Part shown: positions 1-9,099 of the stretch, in pieces | Position numbering within the stretch: position 1 is the first letter of the stretch | Layout: each line of letters starts with the position of its first letter | Virus record (IMG/VR): IMGVR_UViG_3300031626_000002 | Coordinates: 1 to 59,879 of that record | Origin: a virus | Lineage: Duplodnaviria; Caudoviricetes | Length of the DNA stretch: 59,879 bases | Reading direction: 5' to 3' (one strand) | Notes under the pieces: model-generated | Told to the model about the DNA's origin: nothing | The model's database searches: none | Seen by the model: only the letters and a program-made list of their open reading frames with translations | Position numbers and translations under genes: made by a program

Positions 1-823
1 AGGGTACACACTCTACGTTCTGTCGTTGAATGAATTGATCCCAGATAGGTTTACCTGTAACGATACCTGAGGGGTTCCAACTCTGTGCATTCCACACACA
101 CTCTAGCAAAGTCTTCCAACCATGCTTAAGTAATGTAGCATTAGCGTCATTCTCTGGTAGCTTTGCGACTTTAGCCTTACCTGGTTTAATCATCTTACCC
201 AGGAAGTCAGACATCTTCTTACCAGCTTCATCCTGATCCATCATAATTACGACAGTCTTAAAGGAGTTTATCCAATCCCTTTGAGCAAGAGCACAAGAGG
301 TAGAAGATGAAGAAGGTACAGCAACCACAGAATAGGTTCTTCCGTACTTTTCTTTGTATGCTTGGGCGACACTGAGTGCATCGACTTCACCTTCACAGAT
401 GACCAACGTAAATCCTGATGTTGATTGTTGTTGTCCGAATAGTTCGACATTCTTAAAGTCTCCATGAGTACGAAACTCTTTTGGGAGCTTACGCTCTTTG
501 TATGCAGACAACTCTCCATTGATAGTGTAAGGGTAGAAGTGTGATTGAGGTTTGCCATTAACATCTACGGACATTTTGACATTGTAATGATCAACCACAT
601 CCTGAGAGATCCCACGACTAGACATTGGATAGCTTCTGTATGTACTAATCTCATCGATTATGGATGAGTTCACAAGGAAGTCTGTGTCTTCTATAAGTTC
701 CATTGGTTCTCTTTCATTTATAAATATAGTTGTACCACATGAGAAGCAGTGGCTTCTTGGGTTGTCATCATTATATACGTGGTTAGCATCAGAGCTTCCA
801 CATTTTCCACAATTAGTTTTCAC
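1..823 (-). CDS. Primase-helicase, N-terminal part (truncated by window edge)
   Basis: Variant copy of the 5' part of 56931..58550; GTG start at 823; CxxC...CxxC zinc finger and TOPRIM EGE motif. Confidence 0.9.
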   Translation of the reverse strand, partial: MKTNCGKCGSSDANHVYNDDNPRSHCFSCGTTIFINEREPMELIEDTDFLVNSSIIDEISTYRSYPMSSRGISQDVVDHYNVKMSVDVNGKPQSHFYPYTINGELSAYKERKLPKEFRTHGDFKNVELFGQQQSTSGFTLVICEGEVDALSVAQAYKEKYGRTYSVVAVPSSSSTSCALAQRDWINSFKTVVIMMDQDEAGKKMSDFLGKMIKPGKAKVAKLPENDANATLLKHGWKTLLECVWNAQSWNPSGIVTGKPIWDQFIQRQNVECVP

Positions 824-853
824 CAGTAATCCCTTTCGGTTTTCATGTCACGA

Positions 854-1252
854 TTAAGATTCTTTTTTATCCGAGTCTTTGAATGCTTCGAGTCCCACTT
901 CAAGTTCTTCTGCTTTTGTAACTCGAACCCAGAGGTACTCTCCTCCTCGTTTAACTCTGTCTCTTTGAAGGATAATTCCTTGTACGGTTTTATCATTGAA
1001 CTCCTCGAATATGTTTTGATAGGTATCAAGTAAAGGTTTAATTATATTATCTAAGTCAGAGGCTTTGTTAGAAAGACCAGCATACACAATGAAGTGGACG
1101 GGGCTATCTTTGAAAGCCCATGTCTCACCCATTAGCATCACTGCCATCTCATCTTGGAACCTCTTGTATTCAGCTGTCTTGTAGGTTGTCCTGCCCTTCC
1201 TGACAAACATCCTGTTCGCCGATAGTGGTTTCATCTGGAATAGATTTTCCAT
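854..1252 (-). CDS. RusA-like Holliday junction resolvase
   Basis: KPLSAN...SDLDNIIKPLLD...NDKTV matches the RusA DxDNxxKxxxD pattern. Start placed at MENLF. Confidence 0.8.
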   Translation of the reverse strand: MENLFQMKPLSANRMFVRKGRTTYKTAEYKRFQDEMAVMLMGETWAFKDSPVHFIVYAGLSNKASDLDNIIKPLLDTYQNIFEEFNDKTVQGIILQRDRVKRGGEYLWVRVTKAEELEVGLEAFKDSDKKES

Positions 1253-1523
1253 TACGCCTCTCCGCTGTTCGGATAGCATGACAGTTATGACACACCACTT
1301 CTGTTTTAAATACCTCATTAAGTATATCACCGATATCTTTATCGCAAGAGATCATTCGAGATACGTTGTGAAGCTTTTCATATTTAGGTAGGTGGTCAAA
1401 GCCTAAGGCATCTGGGTGTTTATCATAACCACAATCAGTACACCCTATGTCAGTCTTCAGTATCCCTATGAACTGACGTTTGCTCTTTCGACTTATGCTC
1501 TTCAATTTGTTTCTTAATGTCAT
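1170..1523 (-). CDS. HNH-type endonuclease / Zn-binding protein
   Basis: CTDCG...LGFDHLP...VVCHNCHAIRT. Confidence 0.75.
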   Translation of the reverse strand: MTLRNKLKSISRKSKRQFIGILKTDIGCTDCGYDKHPDALGFDHLPKYEKLHNVSRMISCDKDIGDILNEVFKTEVVCHNCHAIRTAERRNGKSIPDETTIGEQDVCQEGQDNLQDS

Positions 1524-2199
1524 CTAGTTCTTCCCAAGATGTTAGCATTGTTAATAGACGCTTGGAAGTGTCCGGATTACCGGATCCATTTGTTCTCCAA
1601 GCAGCTCGCACCCTATTCCACCTGCGGTGCATAGGAACTCCGTGTAGTATCTTCTCTGCTTTCTTAGGTCCAATTCCCTTAATTCCAGGGATATTATCAG
1701 ACCTATCACCAGTAAGGCATTGAAGCATAAGCTTAAGATTAGCAGTGTCTTCATCAACCTCTGTAATTTCTTTCTTAACAAAGTTGTAATGTGTTCCAGG
1801 AATCTGGAGAAGATCTTTGTCAATCCCAACTACTGTATACTCCTGATCAACAGACCTACACTCAGCAGCCCATATGGCAACAAGGTCATCTGCTTCCATA
1901 TCATCTGCTTCAATAGCAGAATACTTCTCAACCATGTACTTATGTCCATAGTTCAACGCTTCTTTAACGTCAGGCTCTATCTCCTTTCGGGTTCCTTTGT
2001 AGGCAGGGTAGATCTCCTTTCGGAAATTACCCCTACCTTTAATTGCTACGAGAAAACTATCAGACCCACAGTTACGTTGGATCTCTCTCATAGTGTTGTC
2101 AATTCCCACACGTATCTCTTTCTGTTTGGTTGTTACACAAGCCATCCGAAAGTAGATTGAGTCTGAGTCTACCAGTATTACTGCATTATCAGTGAACAT
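1450..2199 (-). CDS. 5'-3' exonuclease / RNase H (T7 gp6-like)
   Basis: DSDSI, FRKEIYPAYKG, EADDL, DKDLLQIPG, GDRSDNIPGIKGIGPKKA (helix-hairpin-helix). Confidence 0.93.
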   Translation of the reverse strand: MFTDNAVILVDSDSIYFRMACVTTKQKEIRVGIDNTMREIQRNCGSDSFLVAIKGRGNFRKEIYPAYKGTRKEIEPDVKEALNYGHKYMVEKYSAIEADDMEADDLVAIWAAECRSVDQEYTVVGIDKDLLQIPGTHYNFVKKEITEVDEDTANLKLMLQCLTGDRSDNIPGIKGIGPKKAEKILHGVPMHRRWNRVRAAWRTNGSGNPDTSKRLLTMLTSWEELDDIKKQIEEHKSKEQTSVHRDTED

Positions 2200-4027
2200 C
2201 TGCGTAGCTTTCTCCTATTACATAATCACCACCATCCATACATGTTACACCGAACATCTCTGGGCCAGCAGCAAAGGACTCTGTTAGAATTTCCCCAACA
2301 CGTTTAGCATCGTCGGGGTGTGATTGGAATGCCATCTCATCATGGTAGAACAAACGAGGTTCAGCACGTAGCTTCTCTTCACGTATCTTCTCCCATGCCC
2401 ACATCAGTGAAGCCTTACAGGTCACACCTTCAGCAGCTTGGAGTAAGTAGTTAAGAGTTTGATGACCAGACGCACAGAACACAGGGCGTCCATCAAGAGC
2501 AGGGAACCATCCATCACCTTGTTGGTTAGATGTTTTGTTCCAGATGTTTAGAAGTTTCTTCTTAAGTTCTTCCAAACCTTTGATACCCTTAGAGAAATCA
2601 GCACGAGACTTACGTCCTACTTCACTGTTTGATTTGCCTGATAGAACTTGTCCCAGCTTAGCATCACCAGCACCAAAGAGATAAGCATATAGATACCCTT
2701 TGGCGACACCCCTTGAGCATCCAAGAGCATCAGCATTTCTTTGGTGTTGATCCCCATACCTGACTTCATTAGTGAAATCATCGTTCCCCACGTAATGACA
2801 AAGACCACGTAGCTGATTACCAGCACTATCGGCACCAACAATAACGTACCCTGGATCAGGTTTAAGCATCCCACGTATCTCTTTACCCCAAGGTGTTTCA
2901 ATACCTGGGAGGTTTGCGATAACTTCGTGACGTACTCTGAAGGTAGGAGTACCAATAGTCCACATGTTACCATGAAGTCGTTTATCATCTGAGCCCTCTA
3001 CCTTTTCTACCCAGCCCTCCATAAGAGAAGCCTTGTGACGCAATACATAGTACTCGTCTACCATCATACCAATTTCCCCAAGCTTAGCTAATGAGGATGT
3101 TGTGAGTTTAGGTCCAGTCGTTACCCATTCTCTTCCGATTTTCTTTCGGTTGTATTCATCTGGTTTCCATCCGATAGTGGCAAGCCAATCCTTAACCGCT
3201 TCTTGTGATCCCAGTTTAGCTTGTTCCTTAGTTGTTCGTTGGAATTTGAAATCTGGTCCGGCAAGGTGGGTGTCTGTGACCGAGACTTCCGTTCCAAAAT
3301 ATTCAGTAAGCAGCTTGGCAGTCGTCGCATTGTACTTCCCATTCTTATTGTACTTAGGTGACTTAGGTTCTTTGTCAATGTAGACAACCTTAGTACCCAT
3401 CTGAGGCTCAATGATGTCAGAGATCTCAGCCATACGTTGTTGCATTGTACCCACTAGGGTCTTAGCTTCTTCCATATCAAAGTACCAGCCCTTGCTCTTG
3501 CAGAACGCATTGAACTTAGCTGTCTCATGCTCTGCTTGCATACCCAATTTAATCTTAGGGTTATACGCAGCAACTTTCTTGTACTCTGAGAGTAACTCAT
3601 TGTACACATCGACATTCACACGAACATCTTGCACACAATAGCGTAGCATTTCACGTGAGTAAGCATCCCAACCGTCTTCGTATGTAATCTTGCTGTTGCC
3701 AAGGTGTTCCCCCCAACCTGCAAGGCCATGCTTATGTGGACGCTTGTAGCGTAGCACCTGAGACATAACCCACGTGTCATGTAAGCGTTTCTCATTGAGT
3801 GTAGTACCACATAGCTTATCCATGACCACATTATCAAAACCTATAATGTTATGGCCTACCAGTAGCTCTGCGTTCTGTAGTAGTGCAGCACCATCAGCGA
3901 TAGAACCATGCAGGTTATCGTGATCAGAGAACTTATAGATCTGATTGGTGTCTAAGTTCTGTGCAACAATCATCCAGATAGTATCCGGAGTAAGACCATT
4001 ACATTCTATATCATAACATAAACGCAT
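2189..4027 (-). CDS. Family A DNA polymerase with 3'-5' exonuclease (T7 gp5-like)
   Basis: Exo motifs YDIE, HNIIGFD, YCVQD; motif A DSAGNQLR, motif B RGVAKGYLYAYLFG, motif C YHDE. Confidence 0.96.
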   Translation of the reverse strand: MRLCYDIECNGLTPDTIWMIVAQNLDTNQIYKFSDHDNLHGSIADGAALLQNAELLVGHNIIGFDNVVMDKLCGTTLNEKRLHDTWVMSQVLRYKRPHKHGLAGWGEHLGNSKITYEDGWDAYSREMLRYCVQDVRVNVDVYNELLSEYKKVAAYNPKIKLGMQAEHETAKFNAFCKSKGWYFDMEEAKTLVGTMQQRMAEISDIIEPQMGTKVVYIDKEPKSPKYNKNGKYNATTAKLLTEYFGTEVSVTDTHLAGPDFKFQRTTKEQAKLGSQEAVKDWLATIGWKPDEYNRKKIGREWVTTGPKLTTSSLAKLGEIGMMVDEYYVLRHKASLMEGWVEKVEGSDDKRLHGNMWTIGTPTFRVRHEVIANLPGIETPWGKEIRGMLKPDPGYVIVGADSAGNQLRGLCHYVGNDDFTNEVRYGDQHQRNADALGCSRGVAKGYLYAYLFGAGDAKLGQVLSGKSNSEVGRKSRADFSKGIKGLEELKKKLLNIWNKTSNQQGDGWFPALDGRPVFCASGHQTLNYLLQAAEGVTCKASLMWAWEKIREEKLRAEPRLFYHDEMAFQSHPDDAKRVGEILTESFAAGPEMFGVTCMDGGDYVIGESYADVH

Positions 4028-4041
4028 GTTGCGTCCTTTCT

Positions 4042-4263
4042 TTACTTGTTTAAGTACATCTTAAGATCATTATACCCACCAATGAATACATCATTGCGGT
4101 ATATAATTGGTACAGTGTTCATCATAGATCTCTCCATGATTGATTTACCTAGAGATCGTTGTATATCGATAGCATATTCAGTGAAACCTTCTCCGGTTTC
4201 TCGTAGTAATTCTTTAGCCTTATCACAGAATGGGCAGTTGGATATGCTATACACCTCATACAT
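4042..4263 (-). CDS. Glutaredoxin
   Basis: CPFC active site, TVP and IGGY motifs, 73 aa. Confidence 0.92.
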   Translation of the reverse strand: MYEVYSISNCPFCDKAKELLRETGEGFTEYAIDIQRSLGKSIMERSMMNTVPIIYRNDVFIGGYNDLKMYLNK

Positions 4264-4468
4264 GTTGGTTATCCTCCAAGGATTTCATAATATTCTTACG
4301 CTTATCTTCAGAGTAGTTACGCCAATCTTGAATGTCTTTGAGAGACCTACCACAAGTCATGCAATGATCTTCCCCCACTCTACATTTACTGATACAAGGT
4401 GAGCTTGCAGTTGTTATTAGGGCAGTGTCGCTGAAGTCTGCCTCTAAGGGCCACTCATCATCCGTCAT
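4256..4468 (-). CDS. DUF1289-like small cysteine-rich protein
   Basis: SPCISKC...CMTCGRSLKDIQDW; start at MTDDEW follows an AGGAGG RBS. Confidence 0.75.
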   Translation of the reverse strand: MTDDEWPLEADFSDTALITTASSPCISKCRVGEDHCMTCGRSLKDIQDWRNYSEDKRKNIMKSLEDNQHV

Positions 4469-4616
4469 TGTCAACCTCCTTGTTATGTTTACGGAACCTT
4501 TTATTGTAAGCACGTTTGATCTTCTTTAACTGACCAGCTTTCCACAGGTAAAACTTACGTGCTTTAGTGAGGCCATCATACTCATCACCGCCCCTCATGG
4601 GGATACGCTTGGTCAT
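4458..4616 (-). CDS. Small basic hypothetical protein (52 aa, below the ORF-track cutoff)
   Basis: MTKRIPMRGGDEYDGLTKARKFYLWKAGQLKKIKRAYNKRFRK..., GGAG RBS, fills the gap between neighbours. Confidence 0.65.
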   Translation of the reverse strand: MTKRIPMRGGDEYDGLTKARKFYLWKAGQLKKIKRAYNKRFRKHNKEVDNDG

Positions 4617-4656
4617 TCATTATCTCCTACTACTGGGGTATTAGTAATGGTCAGTA

Positions 4657-4929
4657 TTACCCATTAACTAACACTGGCATATCACTAGGTAACTTAGAGT
4701 CCTCACGTTGTGCCTCTAGTATATCCTCATACTTGTTGAACAGTTGCTCGAACTTCCATTGGTATAACTGTTGCATACCCATGATGGTATTCATAAGCTC
4801 ATCGGGTGTAGGATAACGATCACCATCACCGATTTGTCTGAACACTGACTCAAGGTCATTGCATACAGACCAACAGTCCATAATCTTTTCTTCTAGGTCA
4901 TGCATTTTACTCATCACTACATCCTTCAA
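4657..4929 (-). CDS. Hypothetical protein
   Basis: ORF overlapping the thyX stop in the minus-strand operon. Confidence 0.65.
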   Translation of the reverse strand: MKDVVMSKMHDLEEKIMDCWSVCNDLESVFRQIGDGDRYPTPDELMNTIMGMQQLYQWKFEQLFNKYEDILEAQREDSKLPSDMPVLVNG

Positions 4930-5557
4930 GTGCCTTCCATGATACAGGGAATAGCTTTAACATTTCCTTATCTATACCAAGGGCTACCTTCTTGCTTTCA
5001 TATTGGGTATCTGGTGTAATCCTTAGCCTACACATGTCAGCAAAGGCATCAAGACTGCCCGACCAGTACCATTCAGTCATAATGGACTGTGGGAGTACCA
5101 TACGGGATTGTTCAGGGGCTACCCCATGCCCTAGTAAATCATTGTAGGCAACAAGACATGCCCAGTTTGCATCCCCCCAGTTACCTACATCAACAACACC
5201 CTCAGACCCTTGCTTCTTGTCTGCCGATTTACCACGCCATACATCAGGTGTATAAAACTCAGGCTTACTGTCCACATACCTACGACTGATCTCATTCCAA
5301 CGTAGGAACTTATGCTTCACAAGCTGCCTTGCTACAAAGATTGGAGCCTTGACGTGGAAGGATGCAAAGGCATGACCGAAGGGTGACATGTGTTTGTGTT
5401 TAGCTAAGTAGTTGATAAGGTTAGTGTCTTTAGCTTTTAATGTTGGTGGCCCCCAAGTATTCTCCTCCATCTCAGATTTCTTACCAAAGCTAACACGTGC
5501 TGCATTAGCTACTGATAGGTCACTACCCATGTGGTCTACGTATGTTGCTTCAATCAT
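4907..5557 (-). CDS. thyX: Flavin-dependent thymidylate synthase
   Basis: [22 protein letters not shown]...NEISRRY, RMVLP. Confidence 0.95.
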   Translation of the reverse strand: MIEATYVDHMGSDLSVANAARVSFGKKSEMEENTWGPPTLKAKDTNLINYLAKHKHMSPFGHAFASFHVKAPIFVARQLVKHKFLRWNEISRRYVDSKPEFYTPDVWRGKSADKKQGSEGVVDVGNWGDANWACLVAYNDLLGHGVAPEQSRMVLPQSIMTEWYWSGSLDAFADMCRLRITPDTQYESKKVALGIDKEMLKLFPVSWKALEGCSDE

Positions 5558-5747
5558 CTAATTTAATTCCAATACATTCTATTGTTTCTGTAGGATTATT
5601 CACCATGACAGCTGCTATTCTTAGTTCAGCTTTACATACTGTTTCGTTAGCAAAGTTACCTAAGTGGTGGTATTTGACACCAACTTCAGGCATCACAGTA
5701 AACCATATTAGTGCAAAGATCATAGGTCATTCCTTATTTCTTTAATC

Positions 5748-5936
5748 TTATAAAACATTTAGAGTTTCCTTTATCTTCCTATCAGTATAATACATGTACT
5801 TACTAGGTATACCATCTAAGTAACAACGTTTATACACCATCTCTGTGAATGTTTTCTCAGTAGAGAAATCACTGAACATGTAAACATTCCGTATGATTTC
5901 TTCAATGTCTGTTTCTATTTTCTTAAAGCCACCCAT
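5748..5936 (-). CDS. Hypothetical protein
   Basis: Translationally coupled to the upstream ORF. Confidence 0.6.
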   Translation of the reverse strand: MGGFKKIETDIEEIIRNVYMFSDFSTEKTFTEMVYKRCYLDGIPSKYMYYTDRKIKETLNVL

Positions 5937-6181
5937 CAGATGTAATCCCGCATACTTTTATCAAGCTGCTCTATACGCATCTCTGCGTACCTGATGACTT
6001 TACGTAGGTCTGTTATCTCTGACCCAATACCATCTTCACCCTCATACATCTTATGACCAGCTCTCATAGCATATTTAATAATGTTACCGATATGGAATGG
6101 TAAGTCATTTTCCATGATGAATGTAATAGGTTCTATTTTATAACGTGTGTAGTGTGAAGGTTTGTTAACAATATCTGACAT
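5936..6181 (-). CDS. DUF3310 family protein (related to T7 gp1.7 nucleotide kinase)
   Basis: VNKPSHY...GNIIKY..RAGHK...DLRK..RY. Confidence 0.85.
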   Translation of the reverse strand: MSDIVNKPSHYTRYKIEPITFIMENDLPFHIGNIIKYAMRAGHKMYEGEDGIGSEITDLRKVIRYAEMRIEQLDKSMRDYI

Positions 6182-6191
6182 TTTATGCCCT

Positions 6192-6212
6192 TTCTTTAAG
6201 TTCCTTATAGAG
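6192..6212 (+). promoter_or_regulatory. Putative phage RNAP (late) promoter
   Basis: TTCTTTAAGTTCCTTATAGAG, one of 5 near-identical intergenic copies; upstream of the isolated plus-strand gene at 6285. Confidence 0.8.
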
Positions 6213-6227
6213 AAGAGAGTTATTTCT

Positions 6228-6257
6228 CTTTTAAAATCCGACCCCCGTGGTCGGATT
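6228..6257 (-). promoter_or_regulatory. Hairpin element H4, putative virion-RNAP promoter for the replication genes
   Basis: AATCCGACC-CCCGT-GGTCGGATT preceded on the + strand by CTTTTAA; one of 4 homologous hairpins. Confidence 0.65.
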
Positions 6258-6284
6258 CATAAAGTATTATAAGAGGTAATTACT

Positions 6285-6677
6285 ATGACTAGAGAGGTTC
6301 ATCCAAACAGCCTTAAGAATTTAGCACCTTCATTCACTAAAGACAATGCTCGTGAGATGCAATTGAAATCGGCAGCTTCCCGTAAGGCAGCTAGAGATGC
6401 TAGAGAAGCTTTGAAGATGAGTATGAAAGATTGGCGTCAGTACAAGGAAGATGTACTAGACCATATTGATATGAACTCTCTTGATGTCTTGAAGATCCTC
6501 ATGTTCAAAGCTTTGGACAAAGAAGATTTTGATACAGCTAGTGATCTCGCAGCAAAAGTTGCAGAGTATGAGCAACCCAAACTACAGCGCAGGGAACTCC
6601 AAATTGAGGAGATAGGTGCTGAGAGTTTGTCTGATGAAGAACTCGACAATAAGATACGAGCACTGCGGATAGTGTGA
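6285..6677 (+). CDS. Probable terminase small subunit
   Basis: N-terminal HPNSLKNL and C-terminal AEYEQPKL patterns typical of TerS; own late-type promoter and terminator; no TerS next to TerL. Confidence 0.6.
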   Translation: MTREVHPNSLKNLAPSFTKDNAREMQLKSAASRKAARDAREALKMSMKDWRQYKEDVLDHIDMNSLDVLKILMFKALDKEDFDTASDLAAKVAEYEQPKLQRRELQIEEIGAESLSDEELDNKIRALRIV

Positions 6678-6707
6678 GGTTCTGCGAGAACCTGAAAGAA
6701 AATGCCT

Positions 6708-6758
6708 GTGCGCTTTGTCGGTTACCGAAAAAAACAAGTAAGTGCGCTTTGTCGGTTA
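6708..6758. repeat. 17-bp direct repeat GTGCGCTTTGTCGGTTA, two copies
   Basis: Exact copies at 6708-6724 and 6742-6758. Confidence 0.9.
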
Positions 6759-6770
6759 TCTAAAAATTAT

Positions 6771-6814
6771 AAGAACCCAAAGATTCTCTGTGAGAGTCTC
6801 TGGGTTCTTTTTTT
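6771..6814 (+). terminator. Intrinsic terminator between convergent genes
   Basis: AAGAACCCA-A-AGATTCTC-tgt-GAGAGTCT-C-TGGGTTCTT followed by a T-run. Confidence 0.85.
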
Positions 6815-7058
6815 ATTTCCATAGGAGTCCGTGGAATCCCTCTGTAGAGTCAAAGGATTTTATAAGATCCTTAAACATCCTGGGTGACATAGTTACTACA
6901 TCATATCCCTCAATGTCTTGATTGAATTGTCTCATAGATACATAGCCTTCGTATTCTCCAGCGTTTTCTATGATTACCCCAAGGTCAAGATCATCTCCTG
7001 AATCATCCATAATAACTATCTCAGTCGTCCAGGGTTTTTCTTCGATTGTGAATGGCAT
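6813..7058 (-). CDS. Hypothetical protein
   Basis: ORF coupled to the upstream gene. Confidence 0.7.
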   Translation of the reverse strand: MPFTIEEKPWTTEIVIMDDSGDDLDLGVIIENAGEYEGYVSMRQFNQDIEGYDVVTMSPRMFKDLIKSFDSTEGFHGLLWK

Positions 7059-7312
7059 TACATTTTACTTACGCCAAGGACACCACCGTTTTCCCACTCT
7101 GCAAAGAGACCATGATCACTTAGAATATCATTGATCTTATGGTTTACACCAAAGTCATCTAGTGCTACATCGTTTTCACGATAGTAGTCAGCCCATATAG
7201 TGTCATAGTTTTCTTCTGCGGAGATTATAAAGTCATCCCCACCATGATCATATACAGGTACCCCTATCTTACGAAGCTTGTTGAATGCTGTGCGATATTC
7301 CCTTTTCATCAC
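7058..7312 (-). CDS. Hypothetical protein
   Basis: ORF in the early minus-strand cluster. Confidence 0.7.
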   Translation of the reverse strand: MMKREYRTAFNKLRKIGVPVYDHGGDDFIISAEENYDTIWADYYRENDVALDDFGVNHKINDILSDHGLFAEWENGGVLGVSKM

Positions 7313-7381
7313 TATCCCTATCTTTTATTGATTGCTATTAGTATTATTAATATGCAGCCAGCGAATGCAAGCAGTCCCACG

Positions 7382-7735
7382 TTATCGATCATCACCAGAG
7401 CCACGGAGAGTACCCTTAGAGGCACGGTTGTGTAGTTTGAGTAGGTTACCTGCCGCCAGGGTGTTAAGGTCTTCTCCGAGGTAGTGTGCGAGTACTGCTA
7501 CATACCATAGAACATCCCCTAGCTCTGCTGCAATACCATCATAAGATGCACCATCACGTATACACTTCTTGATTTTATTTGCAACTTCCCCAGCTTCTCC
7601 GCATAGACCCAATGCTAAGTAGGGAATTGCTTCTGACTCTGGGAAGATTGCAGTTTCTCTAGCTTTAGTCTGATATTGATTCATATAGATTGTCATGTTA
7701 GGAAGCTCCTTTTCAGTAGGCCAGTAGGATGTCAT
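7382..7735 (-). CDS. MazG-like NTP pyrophosphohydrolase
   Basis: GEAGEVANKIKK...ELGDVLWY. Confidence 0.9.
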   Translation of the reverse strand: MTSYWPTEKELPNMTIYMNQYQTKARETAIFPESEAIPYLALGLCGEAGEVANKIKKCIRDGASYDGIAAELGDVLWYVAVLAHYLGEDLNTLAAGNLLKLHNRASKGTLRGSGDDR

Positions 7736-7746
7736 TGGATTACCTT

Positions 7747-7989
7747 TTAATTAGTACGGAAAGCACTGTACAGTTGCCAACGTGCATTTTCAAGTTTTCT
7801 AATATCTGAGAGATACATGTCGTTGGTTTCTGTAATCATGTCAACTACACTTTCCAGTGTGTCCATTGTGGTTTTGATAGCTTTGTTTTGTGTTTCTGAG
7901 AGGAGAGCTAGAGCTTCTCTATTATCTACTAGCATTGCCTCATGTTTTACTTGCCATTCTGGTTTATTGTCTTTTGAATCTTTTGCCAT
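7747..7989 (-). CDS. Hypothetical protein
   Basis: ORF coupled to the upstream gene. Confidence 0.7.
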   Translation of the reverse strand: MAKDSKDNKPEWQVKHEAMLVDNREALALLSETQNKAIKTTMDTLESVVDMITETNDMYLSDIRKLENARWQLYSAFRTN

Positions 7990-8627
7990 TAGTATTTCTT
8001 AACCTTTTCTATAATTGTATCCACATCATTGACCTCATAGCATAACCGACAGTCTTGACACTTTTGACCAGTGCAGTTCTGCCGCTCTACAAACTCATGA
8101 GTTAATACGTTGTTGAATGTTTTATCAAAGTACCTAGGAGGCTTTGACATGATCATGCTTTTCTTTGGGTTGCTGTAGATAAGGTTTAGGTTCTTAGGTT
8201 TACCATACCTTTTCATCCAACGAAATACAAAGTCTGTGCGTTTAGTCCATAGAGCAAATCGACACCAAGGATTATCAATAACAATACGCATCAGATTATC
8301 GAGGTGTTGCATGTTTATTAATTCACCATGCGCATTAAATCTGAAGATGCTATCTATAATCCTTGGTATTTCGTATGGTTCTAGTGGTCGTGATGATAGT
8401 AAATCACTGTTACGTTGTAGTGCAGGCATCATGTTTTTGCGGAACCCATCCAGCATCTTGTGGCTGTAGCAGTCCCCGCATATAACATCTGTCTTATTAT
8501 CTATGGCTTTCTTGTGCTGATCTATGCAATACTTATTAGTCTTAGTGTTAGTGCTGATTGCTTTGAGACCTTGAAGTTTACCTGTCATGATAGATATGTG
8601 TACTGCGGGTTTTGTCATAGGTTCCAC
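7989..8627 (-). CDS. GP88-like cysteine-rich protein (radical-SAM-like remnant)
   Basis: C...CGDCY, FRFNAHGEL, LWTKR, C-terminal CTGQKCQDCRLC. Confidence 0.6.
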   Translation of the reverse strand: MEPMTKPAVHISIMTGKLQGLKAISTNTKTNKYCIDQHKKAIDNKTDVICGDCYSHKMLDGFRKNMMPALQRNSDLLSSRPLEPYEIPRIIDSIFRFNAHGELINMQHLDNLMRIVIDNPWCRFALWTKRTDFVFRWMKRYGKPKNLNLIYSNPKKSMIMSKPPRYFDKTFNNVLTHEFVERQNCTGQKCQDCRLCYEVNDVDTIIEKVKKY

Positions 8628-8637
8628 TTTCTTTAGG

Positions 8638-8865
8638 TTAGTCTGCTTCTCTGTAGTCTGTGTCGCTCATACGTTTCCAATCAACGTCATAGATGTCACG
8701 GTCTACTATTTCTGCTTCTATTATTTCCCCAGAGTTTAATTCAACATACGCAGTTCCCCATTTATCCCATGAGTCTACAACATCATCTATTGATTTACCT
8801 TCTGGTAATTCTAGAGTCATTTCTGCGTAATAACTGTAGACCCCTGAGTATATAATGTTAGTCAT
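8638..8865 (-). CDS. Hypothetical acidic protein
   Basis: ORF in the early cluster. Confidence 0.65.
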   Translation of the reverse strand: MTNIIYSGVYSYYAEMTLELPEGKSIDDVVDSWDKWGTAYVELNSGEIIEAEIVDRDIYDVDWKRMSDTDYREAD

Positions 8866-8868
8866 TTA

Positions 8869-9099
8869 TTATTCCTCTTCGTCATCATCCAGAGATATGA
8901 ACTCGTTCTCTATACCATACGTTGCATAGAGAGCACCAATTGCTGTGAAGATTTCATGTTCTGTATAGTCTTCATGGCTTTGCATATCTATTTCATATTC
9001 ATCGTTTGTACCAATCCACATCGTCACATGGAATAGTTCATCGATTCTTCTGAATGTGTCTTCTTTAGGTTTAGGTTTGAACTGGATTATTTCAGACAT
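8869..9099 (-). CDS. Hypothetical acidic protein
   Basis: MSEIIQFKPK start, overlaps the upstream stop. Confidence 0.65.
   Translation of the reverse strand: MSEIIQFKPKPKEDTFRRIDELFHVTMWIGTNDEYEIDMQSHEDYTEHEIFTAIGALYATYGIENEFISLDDDEEE

Larger units (their letters stand above)
1..2152. repeat. Left copy of an imperfect 2152-bp terminal duplication (other copy 57728-59879)
   Basis: Collinear with 57728-59879 at a constant offset of 57727. Many substitutions; the first 127 nt and last 99 nt are identical. Confidence 0.97.
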
